In this document: positions 17,919 through 26,497 of the stretch, one piece after another | Layout of the letters: every line of letters begins with the position of its first letter | Numbering within the stretch: position 1 is the stretch's first letter | Assembly: GCA_041548245.1 (NCBI GenBank) | Contig: JBFESZ010000004.1 | Location: 1-41,678, forward strand | Reading direction: 5' to 3' | From: Sulfurimonadaceae bacterium | Lineage (GTDB): Bacteria > Campylobacterota > Campylobacteria > Campylobacterales > Sulfurimonadaceae | Length of the DNA: 41,678 bases | Notes under the pieces: generated by a model | Databases searched by the model: none | Told to the model about the DNA's origin: nothing | Seen by the model: only the letters and a program-made list of their open reading frames with translations | Translations under genes and position numbers: made by a program

Positions 17919-19166
17919 TCAGGCCCTTGCATCAATGCTTTTGATTTTTTTGATGTTTGCTAGCATTAGTACAGAAGTGAGTAGGGCAATAAAGAAAAGC
18001 CCTACGAAAACATAAAGTGTACCGGTATAGCTGCCAGTTGAATCTTTGACATAGGCAATAATAATAGGACCAGCAAGACCGGCTAAGGCCCAGGCGGTAA
18101 GAATATAGCCGTGAATCGCGCCCAGTTCTTTGGTGCCGAAAATATCGCCTATATATGCAGGGATTGATGCGAATGCCCCACCGTAGCAGGTCATGATATA
18201 GTAAAGCAGTACTTGAAATATAAGTATGCTTGTAACAGTTGTCAGGAAATAAAAAGCGACAATCTGTGTAATAAAGAAAAGAATAAACACGACAGGCCTT
18301 GTAAGATAATCAGAGATACTAGCCCACATGATTCTACCGGCACCATTAAAAATACCCATAAGTCCTACTGCAGAAGCTGCGGCAAGAGCTGAGATACCGA
18401 CTACCTCCTGTAAAAGCGGAGATGCAACAGAAATAATGGCAATCCCACAGGTGACATTAATAAACAGCATGATCCATAAGCCGTAAAATCTGGCCGTTTT
18501 GACTGCTTCATTGCGCGTGATGTTTACCAGATCTTCCTTAATCTTCCTTTTCCCTTGCGCAATCGCTTGACTAAAGCGTTCTGGAAGATAGCCTTCCGGC
18601 GGGTTGGCAAGGTATTGGGCTGCGCTGAACATAACGACAAAATAGATAGCACCCAGAATATAAAAAGTTGAAGAGATCCCCACGGCGTCTATCAACACTT
18701 TGATAGCAGGTCCGGAGATGGCAGAGGCAAAGCCAAAACCCATGATCGCAAGACCTGTTGCCATGCCGCGTCTGTCGGGAAACCATTTTACTAGCATAGA
18801 TACCGGAGAGATATATCCAATTCCCAAACCTGTACCTCCTAAGACTCCATAGGTAAGATAGAGAACTACCTTGGACTCAAGAAAAATAGCGAGTCCAGAG
18901 CCTATTGTACCGAGTCCAAAGAGGACTGCAGCCAACGATGCAGCAACACGAGGCCCCTGTCTTTCAACGAATTTTCCCATGAGTGCAGCGGATAGACCAA
19001 GGAAGAAGATGGCAATAGAAAAGGTTATAGTGACATCTGTCAGTGTCCAGTTCATTGTCGATTGTATTGGTTTAACGTATACGCTCCATGCGTAAACGGA
19101 ACCAATGCACATATGTATGGCCATGGCCCCTATTGCCATCAACCATCGATTTTTGATTGTAGTCAT
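17919..19166 (-). CDS. MFS transporter, oxalate/formate antiporter (OFA) family
   Basis: NRW..A, GSVYAWS, KWFPDRRGMATG...GFG, NG.GR, YGG.F...PA, FGTK..G.I.G; about 12 TM segments. Confidence 0.92.
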   Translation of the reverse strand: MTTIKNRWLMAIGAMAIHMCIGSVYAWSVYVKPIQSTMNWTLTDVTITFSIAIFFLGLSAALMGKFVERQGPRVAASLAAVLFGLGTIGSGLAIFLESKVVLYLTYGVLGGTGLGIGYISPVSMLVKWFPDRRGMATGLAIMGFGFASAISGPAIKVLIDAVGISSTFYILGAIYFVVMFSAAQYLANPPEGYLPERFSQAIAQGKRKIKEDLVNITRNEAVKTARFYGLWIMLFINVTCGIAIISVASPLLQEVVGISALAAASAVGLMGIFNGAGRIMWASISDYLTRPVVFILFFITQIVAFYFLTTVTSILIFQVLLYYIMTCYGGAFASIPAYIGDIFGTKELGAIHGYILTAWALAGLAGPIIIAYVKDSTGSYTGTLYVFVGLFFIALLTSVLMLANIKKIKSIDARA

Positions 19167-19371
19167 TACTTTTGTCCTTCCATTATTTGTACTTGAATAG
19201 ATTTCGTGGATTCTATCCTATTGAAAATAAGATAGAAATTGATTAGATTGCTAATGTAGAAAACTCATTATTCATTAAAGTTTATAGATTGATGTTTCTA
19301 TGGATCTGTCAGAAAGTATAAACCTTTTATAGCTATAATCCTTTTTTAAAACTTTATATTACGGAGATAAG

Positions 19372-19767
19372 ATGTTTATTGAAGCACATGAGGTACAAAA
19401 AGTCACCAATGAAGTAATGAATATGCTACATGATGATGAACTAGAAGTGATCAATAGTTTTTATGATGCCGTCAAAGCTAAGGATGTAGAGAAAGTGGAT
19501 GAACTTTTTCCAGGTTTTTTAGCTGAAATAGAGACGCACTTTAAAACAGAAGAAGATATGATGGAGCAGAGTGCTTATTCGGATGCGCAAATGCATAAAA
19601 GTGATCACGACGTTATACGAAAAAAGCTAGAAAAGTTTCATAAACGCTGGGAAGTACTCAAGGGCCCGACAGAACTGCTTGGATTTTTAGAAAAAGATTT
19701 TAAAAAGTGGTACACCCAGCATGTTTCAAAATGGGATGCACAGGCTGCTTTACATATTGGTGGCTAA
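19372..19767 (+). CDS. single-domain bacteriohemerythrin 4
   Basis: MNMLH..HFKTEE..HKSDH..HVSKWD; TATAAT and GGAG upstream. Confidence 0.88.
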   Translation: MFIEAHEVQKVTNEVMNMLHDDELEVINSFYDAVKAKDVEKVDELFPGFLAEIETHFKTEEDMMEQSAYSDAQMHKSDHDVIRKKLEKFHKRWEVLKGPTELLGFLEKDFKKWYTQHVSKWDAQAALHIGG

Positions 19768-19805
19768 AAAACCACCATCCTCTTGTTGAAAAGGAAAGGT
19801 GAGCA

Positions 19806-20183
19806 TTATTGCTTAGGAGTGGTGTCCATCTGTGAGATCACTTCCAATGCCTGATCCAGCTGTTCCGGAGTCAACAAGAAAGTATGTACTCCAAAGTCAA
19901 TCAGTCCTCCTATATTCTCTTCATCTTTGGCTGCGACCAAAGCCACCTGTACTTGTTTAGGCTTCATATCTTTGATCTGTTTGGTAAAGGTTGTGCCATA
20001 GATTGGGTCTGTTGTTATATCATGTATGATGATATCATACTCGTTAGCATAGATCAGTTTTAGTGCTTTATGTTTATCCGGGGCAATCTCAACTTTATTA
20101 AAAAGTTCTGTGAAAGCTTTGGCATTGGTCTCTAGCATTGAGTTCTCATCTTTGATGAAAAGCACATTCAATTTTTTATTCAT
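19806..20183 (-). CDS. stand-alone atypical receiver (CheY-like) domain protein
   Basis: REC pattern LNVLFI.DE..YDIIIHD..G..IK; conserved Thr/Ser and Lys are absent (LVAA, FLLTP). Confidence 0.75.
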   Translation of the reverse strand: MNKKLNVLFIKDENSMLETNAKAFTELFNKVEIAPDKHKALKLIYANEYDIIIHDITTDPIYGTTFTKQIKDMKPKQVQVALVAAKDEENIGGLIDFGVHTFLLTPEQLDQALEVISQMDTTPKQ

Positions 20184-20215
20184 TCTTTTCCTTTGGTATG
20201 ACGATAAACATCTGT

Positions 20216-20599
20216 TTAGATTTTTTTTGTACTGGTAAAAAACTCTTTAACAAGTTCTGTGGCTTTCTTCTTAAAACGTTCGGCGACTTCAGGTATGTAG
20301 ACTTCATCCGCTGTTTTTGAAAAAAGTGCCAACCAGGTGGCATAATTTTCTCTTTTGATATGTGGCATCTTTACATGGGCACCTACAAAGTTCCCGTAAT
20401 AGGTATCTTCACCTAGAAGTTTAGCCAGCCAGAAATCAGCAAGAAGCTCAATATGCTCGACCCATTCCTCATCGGTAATATCCTCTCCGATCTCATCGAT
20501 AAAAAAAGGAGATAGTTCTTCATTGCGAATCGCTTTTTCATAAAATGATGTCATCAAGACACGCAGACTCTCTCTGGTAATACTATGTTGAAGTTCTAT
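20216..20599 (-). CDS. group III truncated haemoglobin (Ctb-like), probable ATA start
   Basis: FYEK, L.P.F, EEW.EH, DFW, Y.G....AH, WL.LF. Similarity to Ctb extends 14 codons upstream of the track start to ATA 20599, which has AAGGA 6 nt upstream. Confidence 0.85.
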   Translation of the reverse strand: MELQHSITRESLRVLMTSFYEKAIRNEELSPFFIDEIGEDITDEEWVEHIELLADFWLAKLLGEDTYYGNFVGAHVKMPHIKRENYATWLALFSKTADEVYIPEVAERFKKKATELVKEFFTSTKKI

Positions 20600-20721
20600 A
20601 CCTCATCCTTTTGTACAAATCACCGCTAAATATAAGTTTGATAAGGCTGATGATGGTTTTTTTTGAAATGGAATTATAGCGAACCTTAAATAAAGTCAGC
20701 TTGTAAATGGAGTAAATATAC

Positions 20722-20746
20722 AGAAGAGAAGGGGTGGTTCTCTTCT
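20722..20746 (-). terminator. hairpin downstream of the AAA gene
   Basis: AGAAGAGAA-(7 nt)-TTCTCTTCT. Confidence 0.5.
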
Positions 20747-20779
20747 TTCTTAGCTAAACCTTCGATAATCGAAAGTGTA

Positions 20780-23404
20780 TTATCTAGCAATTACTGTTTC
20801 AAGTTCATCGGTATAGATGATCTCTTTTTCAAGAAGAAGTTTTGATAGTTTATGGATCGTATCCCAGTGTCTATCGACTAGCTCAGTAACCCGTTGTTCA
20901 CCTTCAAGCATCCATCTTTCCAAAGCGGCATCGATTTTTTCATGGTAATGCTCGGTGTCTTTATTATTGAAAGACTTGTTTTGTGCATCCATAATTCCGT
21001 TGATATTGATATATCCGACTTCTTTATCCATCCCATAGTGTGCTATGGCAACGTAGGCATCACGTGTGGCTTGTTGCAGGTCATTTGAAGCACCTGAATC
21101 CATACCTTCTATCTCACCAAAGTGTTTTATCTGGGCTGCTCTCCCTGCCAGTGATACAACGATCCTGTCTTTAAAGTCTTTGACTGTCATATTCTCTTGG
21201 ACATCACTGTAGTTATGTGAGATGAAATGCTCATTGTTGTCTTTTGGTGTCAGGCTGACATGTTCGATATTGACATGTGGCATCAAAGTTCTGGAGATAA
21301 CAGCACGTCCTGCCTCATATACGGCGGTCTCTTCAAACATCTGCTCAAGCGAGAGGTAGGATTGTCTCTCTCCATATTTGATCATATTGATCTGATCAAT
21401 TAAAATCTCTTGAGTGATTGCATGCAGACCATGCCTTAGGCAGTAAAAGGATGCCTCTTTACCCAACATTTCGAGTTGAGACCCTGTAAATCCTGTGGTA
21501 TACATCAACAGTTTTTTCATGTCAAATGTACCCTCGGTAGGTTTCTCATTGATGATTTTATCCAAGAAGTATTGTCTTGCATCCTTATCAAGATTGTTGA
21601 TTTCTATATGGATCTCTACACGTCCTGGTCTGATGATTGCCGGATCGATGTTTTCTTTATAATTGGTTGCCGCTATGACGAAGATGTCCTCACCTTTTCT
21701 ACCGGCAAAACCATCCATTTCTGATAATAGTTTGTTGATAGGTACTTCTCTGCCGTTTTCACCATCACGTTTTCCTATAGTGTCGATCTCATCAATAAAA
21801 ATGATGGCCGGTGCATAGGCTTTTGCCTTAGTAAAAATAAGCTTTGTCTTTTCAGGTTTGAGCAGTTCAAGACCGGTTGTCGAGATAAATGGAAGTTCTG
21901 CCTCTTTCGCAAAGGCTTTAGCCAGCATCGTCTTACCTGTCCCCGGAGGTCCATACAGCAGCATACCTTTAGGTGGATTGATATTAAAACTCTCCAAAAG
22001 TTTTGGCTCTTTAAAAAAGTTAATTACTTCGCCCAGTCTCTGTTTAGCTTTATGGTGGCCTGCAATGTCATTAAATGAGACATTTGGGATATCAAAGACC
22101 AGCCCATCTTCACTAAAGTCTTTGATTCTGACCACTTGAGAAAACTTACATGAGTTTACCTTGTAGGTAATGATACCGTTCTTCTCAGTGATAGCATCGT
22201 CGATATGAAGGGTAGTGTTTTTTCTAAAGACTTCTCTTACGAGTGTCTCATTTTCAATGAGTGGAGCGACCCTCTCCTTTAAGAATGCTACAGACTCTTT
22301 AGAGAGTGATACTTTGATCTGTTTAAAATTCATCAGCGGCTTGTCTGATTCCTGCATAAACTGAGTGATCCTGTTGAAGAAGTGCGCACTTACTTTCTCT
22401 TTAAGGCGTCTTGCATCAAGTTCTGGGGCAAAGTTAAGCATCTGCATAGTTAAAAAGTTATCGAAGTTTTTGGCAACTACAAATTCAATTTTATACCGAT
22501 CATAAAACTCATCCTTAAAGTTTAGGAAGACTTTTTTGGATATTTTTTCAAAAGCGTCATATTCGAGTTTATTAAAGAGGACAATGTTGGCTTTGGAGAA
22601 TCTGGAAACAAGCTCAGGTACGATAGCTTCTTGTACGCCACCGCTTCTGCTGTCTCTTTTGGTTTCCCTCTTGATCGCTTCAAGGATCATTGATTCGGCT
22701 TGGATGTAGTCTTTTTTTACCAGGTCTTTGAATCTGTAGTCAAGATAAAGTTCTTTTCCCACGCTGGTTGTGATGATAAAGATAGTCTCCGTAAAATCGA
22801 CCAGATAATTTGCGTTTTCATCGTTGTAGATAATGTCGGGATCTTCGTTACACGGTTCATCGGTTATCTTGTCCCAACCACATGCATCACGCATTTTACC
22901 GCCTTCAAAGATGGAAAAAAGGTTGTTCTGAATGGTGTTGTCACACTTCTCAAAAGCGTCAAGTACGATGACAGACTTAGGGTTTCTATGAACAAAACCC
23001 GTTAACTGACCGACACCATAGCCTTTCCAACCGGCAGGGTAACCATAGAGCTCGCCTCCGTTTTGTTGATGATACTGTGTCATGTCAAACTTCATGATCT
23101 TGTATTTTGGTAAATGTTTAGCCATCAGTTCGGCAAGAAAGGTTTTACCGGTAGCAGGAGAACCAAGGAAAAGGTAGGTCGCTTTAGGTCCACTTTCGTC
23201 TTTAACAGAGGTTTTCATACTGTTGGCTACGATATTGATTGCTTGTTCCTGTCCGAAAAGCTCTTTGGATATCTCTTCTTTGAACTGTTTTACAAACTTT
23301 ATATTATCTTGTGCTTCGGTTAGGGCTTCTTCATCCCACTCGCCTGAATCAAGCTTTTTATGTTTTTCAATATTTGCTTTAACTAATGCTTCTGTTTCTG
23401 TCAT
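20780..23404 (-). CDS. soluble double-AAA+ protein: ClpA/B D2-like domain + FtsH-like AAA + inactive M41 peptidase domain
   Basis: GQEQA, GSPATGKT, FDM.QY, G.PAGW.GY, VDF; then F.DIAG, PKG.LLYGPPGTGKT, IFIDEID, EMDGF, AATN, DPA..RPGR; AVYEAGRAV, LAGRAA, GASNDL. No TM segments. Confidence 0.9.
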   Translation of the reverse strand: MTETEALVKANIEKHKKLDSGEWDEEALTEAQDNIKFVKQFKEEISKELFGQEQAINIVANSMKTSVKDESGPKATYLFLGSPATGKTFLAELMAKHLPKYKIMKFDMTQYHQQNGGELYGYPAGWKGYGVGQLTGFVHRNPKSVIVLDAFEKCDNTIQNNLFSIFEGGKMRDACGWDKITDEPCNEDPDIIYNDENANYLVDFTETIFIITTSVGKELYLDYRFKDLVKKDYIQAESMILEAIKRETKRDSRSGGVQEAIVPELVSRFSKANIVLFNKLEYDAFEKISKKVFLNFKDEFYDRYKIEFVVAKNFDNFLTMQMLNFAPELDARRLKEKVSAHFFNRITQFMQESDKPLMNFKQIKVSLSKESVAFLKERVAPLIENETLVREVFRKNTTLHIDDAITEKNGIITYKVNSCKFSQVVRIKDFSEDGLVFDIPNVSFNDIAGHHKAKQRLGEVINFFKEPKLLESFNINPPKGMLLYGPPGTGKTMLAKAFAKEAELPFISTTGLELLKPEKTKLIFTKAKAYAPAIIFIDEIDTIGKRDGENGREVPINKLLSEMDGFAGRKGEDIFVIAATNYKENIDPAIIRPGRVEIHIEINNLDKDARQYFLDKIINEKPTEGTFDMKKLLMYTTGFTGSQLEMLGKEASFYCLRHGLHAITQEILIDQINMIKYGERQSYLSLEQMFEETAVYEAGRAVISRTLMPHVNIEHVSLTPKDNNEHFISHNYSDVQENMTVKDFKDRIVVSLAGRAAQIKHFGEIEGMDSGASNDLQQATRDAYVAIAHYGMDKEVGYININGIMDAQNKSFNNKDTEHYHEKIDAALERWMLEGEQRVTELVDRHWDTIHKLSKLLLEKEIIYTDELETVIAR

Positions 23405-23612
23405 ATTCTACTCTTGATAGTTTTGTGATGCTCTATTATGGATTATTAGGGGAATTGTAACTTTTCTATCTTAATTATCAAGTATCACGTATAACAATAA
23501 AAAAATATTTTAGAAAGATGAAAGTAGCCGAGGATAAAAGAGATGACTGGAAGTCATAGGTTTACCTCTATAGTACTACTTAAGCTTTGTTAAATATCTA
23601 TATGTATTGTAA

Positions 23613-23990
23613 TTATGCTTGAGACTTTATACGATAATCCTCATTCACTTTTGCGATAAAGGCATCCGTGAACATCTCTGTTAGCTCTTCATCTTCGTGT
23701 TCATCGTCATAAAAATATTCGACAAACCCAAAAAAGTCTTCAGGGCTTATCTTACATTCATACATCTTGTTGATTGCATCCGTATAGTTTTCACTAAAGA
23801 AAAGAGTTGCTATCTCTTCTCCCTGGTTTTCGTGTTTGGCACTATCAATCTTTTTAAAACACTTTTGCTGATACAACAGTGCTTCGAGTCTGTCTATCTC
23901 ATCAGCCTCTTCAATTGTTGCCGAGCCATTTTTTAAGATGGTCATGACCAGTTGTTGTATCTGTGCAATGATTTTTGATTGTTCACTCAT
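23613..23990 (-). CDS. hypothetical acidic helical protein (125 aa)
   Basis: AGGAG SD; 12 nt downstream of the RHH gene. Confidence 0.75.
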   Translation of the reverse strand: MSEQSKIIAQIQQLVMTILKNGSATIEEADEIDRLEALLYQQKCFKKIDSAKHENQGEEIATLFFSENYTDAINKMYECKISPEDFFGFVEYFYDDEHEDEELTEMFTDAFIAKVNEDYRIKSQA

Positions 23991-24002
23991 TCTATCTCCT
24001 TG

Positions 24003-24368
24003 TTATCGTTTTTTGCTATCGGCAATGCGTTTGAGCATGGCATCAAGAGTGCCGGTTGATCGTACTTCTACGACTGCTGATACGACTGCATGCAAGGCAA
24101 CATATCGTAGGTATGTATCAAGTGCATCACAGCCGCTTTCTTTCATGTTTTCTTCAATTTTTGATTTCTGTGAGGGTGTAACTTTAAATCCAAGCACTAT
24201 GGACGGTTCTTCTGTTGATAAGCCAGCAGAGGTTAGGTTGAAGGAAGCCGTTTTGAGAGCAACGACTTTTAAATAGGCGGGTATATTATCAAATCCATTC
24301 TCAGCCGCTCTTAAATCTATGGTCTCTTTTTGAGACGGTGTTACTTTAAAGTGTATATCCACATCCAT
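24003..24368 (-). CDS. tandem ribbon-helix-helix-like DNA-binding protein
   Basis: Internal repeat FKVTPSQK..I......G......YL..VAL twice; start ATG 24368 after AAGGA. Confidence 0.7.
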   Translation of the reverse strand: MDVDIHFKVTPSQKETIDLRAAENGFDNIPAYLKVVALKTASFNLTSAGLSTEEPSIVLGFKVTPSQKSKIEENMKESGCDALDTYLRYVALHAVVSAVVEVRSTGTLDAMLKRIADSKKR

Positions 24369-24525
24369 TAGTCTGTTTATCCTTGAAAGTTTCGTGCAAT
24401 GGTATGCTAAATTCACTTAAAAGGCTATTGTAATGCTTAATAGGATCTGTAAGGTCAAGGGTTCCAAGCAAGAAGATAGAGAGAGTAATATGATAGAATT
24501 TTCATATTATATGTATTGAGGGATT

Positions 24526-24729
24526 ATGCAGTTAGATTTGAAGACAGTAGAAAAAATAGAGGCTATGGCTGTATTATTAAAAAAACGACCGGATCATGTC
24601 ATTGAAGAGGCTCTGGATTTATACCTGAAACAGGAACGCGAAAAACAGCTTGAAATTGAGCTGGAAGAGCATAAAAAAGAGACGAACCTCTCCTATGAGG
24701 AGTTTTGGGACGATGTCGATTTTGATTAG
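24526..24729 (+). CDS. small CopG/RHH-like hypothetical protein
   Basis: GAGGG SD; VIEEALDLYL helix; acidic LSYEEFWD tail. Confidence 0.65.
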   Translation: MQLDLKTVEKIEAMAVLLKKRPDHVIEEALDLYLKQEREKQLEIELEEHKKETNLSYEEFWDDVDFD

Positions 24730-24800
24730 GACATCATAGTGTTCTAGCACTTGAAACAGATGGTTCAACAGGTGTTGAAAAAAATATCTTTGTTGACATA

Positions 24801-26264
24801 TTACTCCGGTCTGTAGACCTTGACATTATCGCACTTGAGTTCATCTCTGAGATATTGTGCATGAAGCTGACTCATGATGCCTTTTTCACAATAGAGTAGG
24901 TATTTCTTCTCCTGGGCAAGTTTTTTAAACTCTGTTTTGAGTTTATGAAATGGGATTTTGAGCGTTTCACAAGGTGTTTGAATACACTCCTCTTCGGCAC
25001 GAATGTCTATAACGATATAATCATCAGAACTTAAGTCGCGCACAATTTCTACCGCCTCAAGCTTATTGACATCGTTGACTATCTCATCCACATAAAGATG
25101 CTGTGCATTTTCAATAGCTTGGTTGAGTACCTCATAGTCAAAACGGGTTGCTTCTTTCTCCATACGTTTGAAGGAACCATGCGTAACAGGATTTTGAGAG
25201 ATCACGCCGCAATACTCAGGCATGCTCTCTGCAAAATGGCGTGTTCCTATATGACTGGCTATCGAGATGATCTCCGGCTTGTTCATTGTCGAGAGCGGAC
25301 GCAAAATCAATTTATTGCATACCTGATCGATAAGCGCAAGGTTACGTAGGGTCTGGCTTGAGACCTGTGCTACGCTTTCACCGGTAAGCAATGCATCTAT
25401 ACCGAGTTGATCGGCTATTTTTTCCGAAGCCATGAGCATCAGGCGTTTTAGTGTTACTCCCATATAAGTAGGTGCAGTAGATCGAAATATCTCCTCGATG
25501 ACGGCATCAAAAGGAACGGAGATAAACTTGACTCTGTGAGATGAGCCGAATTTTGACCATAAATACAGAGCTACCTGTTTGACACCGATTTCATGAGCAT
25601 TGCCGCCAAGGTTGAAAAAGACGAAGTGTGTCTTGATCCCTCTTTTCATCGTCAGATAAGAAGCGACTGTGGAATCAAACCCTCCGGACATCAAGGAAAG
25701 GATATCCCCCTGTGTACCTATGGGAAATCCGCTTAGACCTTTGTATTTGGATGTAATGACATTGAGCTGGTTGTGGACAAGTTCAATACGTACAGTGACT
25801 TCCGGGTTACGAAGGTCGACATTCTTAGCTTCTGAATGCGCGAGCAGGTAACCACCCACCGTCTGTTCAAGTTCAGTAGACTTGAACGGATGCGTGCCTG
25901 TACGTTTCGCTCTGACGACAAAGCTCTTGTCCCTAAGGGAGTCACTGACTAGTTCACCTACTTTTGTCTTGATCTTATCAAGTGTGTCCATATTGTCAAA
26001 CTGCACGGCTTCTAGTATCTGTTCGATACCGGAAGTATCTAAAAGGACTTGCCTGACTTTATCTAAGACGTCAGTGGGTGCAACTACTTCGATCTTGTCA
26101 GAAAACTTTCTGACTTCGATTTTTTCATGAATACGTTCCAGTATAGTTAGAAGGTTAGTATAAAGTTGTCCGACCATCTGCCGTTTGGCAGAAGAACCTT
26201 TGATCATGATTTCAGGAAAGAGTTTAAGTATAAATTTCTGGGTGTTGCTTGATGAGTTATTCAA
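24801..26264 (-). CDS. thiI: tRNA 4-thiouridine synthase ThiI with C-terminal rhodanese domain
   Basis: KLFPEI.IK, THUMP region, SGGFDS PP-loop, TGES.AQVSSQT, MPEYCG, LLYCEKG.MS. Confidence 0.95.
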   Translation of the reverse strand: MNNSSSNTQKFILKLFPEIMIKGSSAKRQMVGQLYTNLLTILERIHEKIEVRKFSDKIEVVAPTDVLDKVRQVLLDTSGIEQILEAVQFDNMDTLDKIKTKVGELVSDSLRDKSFVVRAKRTGTHPFKSTELEQTVGGYLLAHSEAKNVDLRNPEVTVRIELVHNQLNVITSKYKGLSGFPIGTQGDILSLMSGGFDSTVASYLTMKRGIKTHFVFFNLGGNAHEIGVKQVALYLWSKFGSSHRVKFISVPFDAVIEEIFRSTAPTYMGVTLKRLMLMASEKIADQLGIDALLTGESVAQVSSQTLRNLALIDQVCNKLILRPLSTMNKPEIISIASHIGTRHFAESMPEYCGVISQNPVTHGSFKRMEKEATRFDYEVLNQAIENAQHLYVDEIVNDVNKLEAVEIVRDLSSDDYIVIDIRAEEECIQTPCETLKIPFHKLKTEFKKLAQEKKYLLYCEKGIMSQLHAQYLRDELKCDNVKVYRPE

Positions 26265-26497
26265 AGATATCGCCTTGTTTTATGTGGACGAAATTATAGC
26301 ATAAGCGCATGGAATGAGAATTCTCAGTAACTGTATCTCATTGAACAGTAAAACAGTGAAGAAATTACTCATATATTGATAAGTTTGTCTCTTGTTTTCT
26401 ATCTATTTATTTTCTTTCTATACACTTTGATAGTATACGTAGAATTATTTATAAACTATTATTAAGCTTATCTCTTTGATATAGGCATAGGGAGCGA

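Noticed and set aside
19289-19312. FNR-type box upstream of hemerythrin 4
   Set aside because: Only isolated half-sites (TTGAT, GTCAG) with the wrong spacing.
12656-19767. Magnetosome island or nif cluster suggested by the hemerythrins and NifU
   Set aside because: No mam/mms or nifHDK/ENB-like genes were recognised in the window.
24462-24467. TTGGAA sigma54-like -24 element upstream of the tandem RHH gene (minus strand)
   Set aside because: No GC at the required -12 position.
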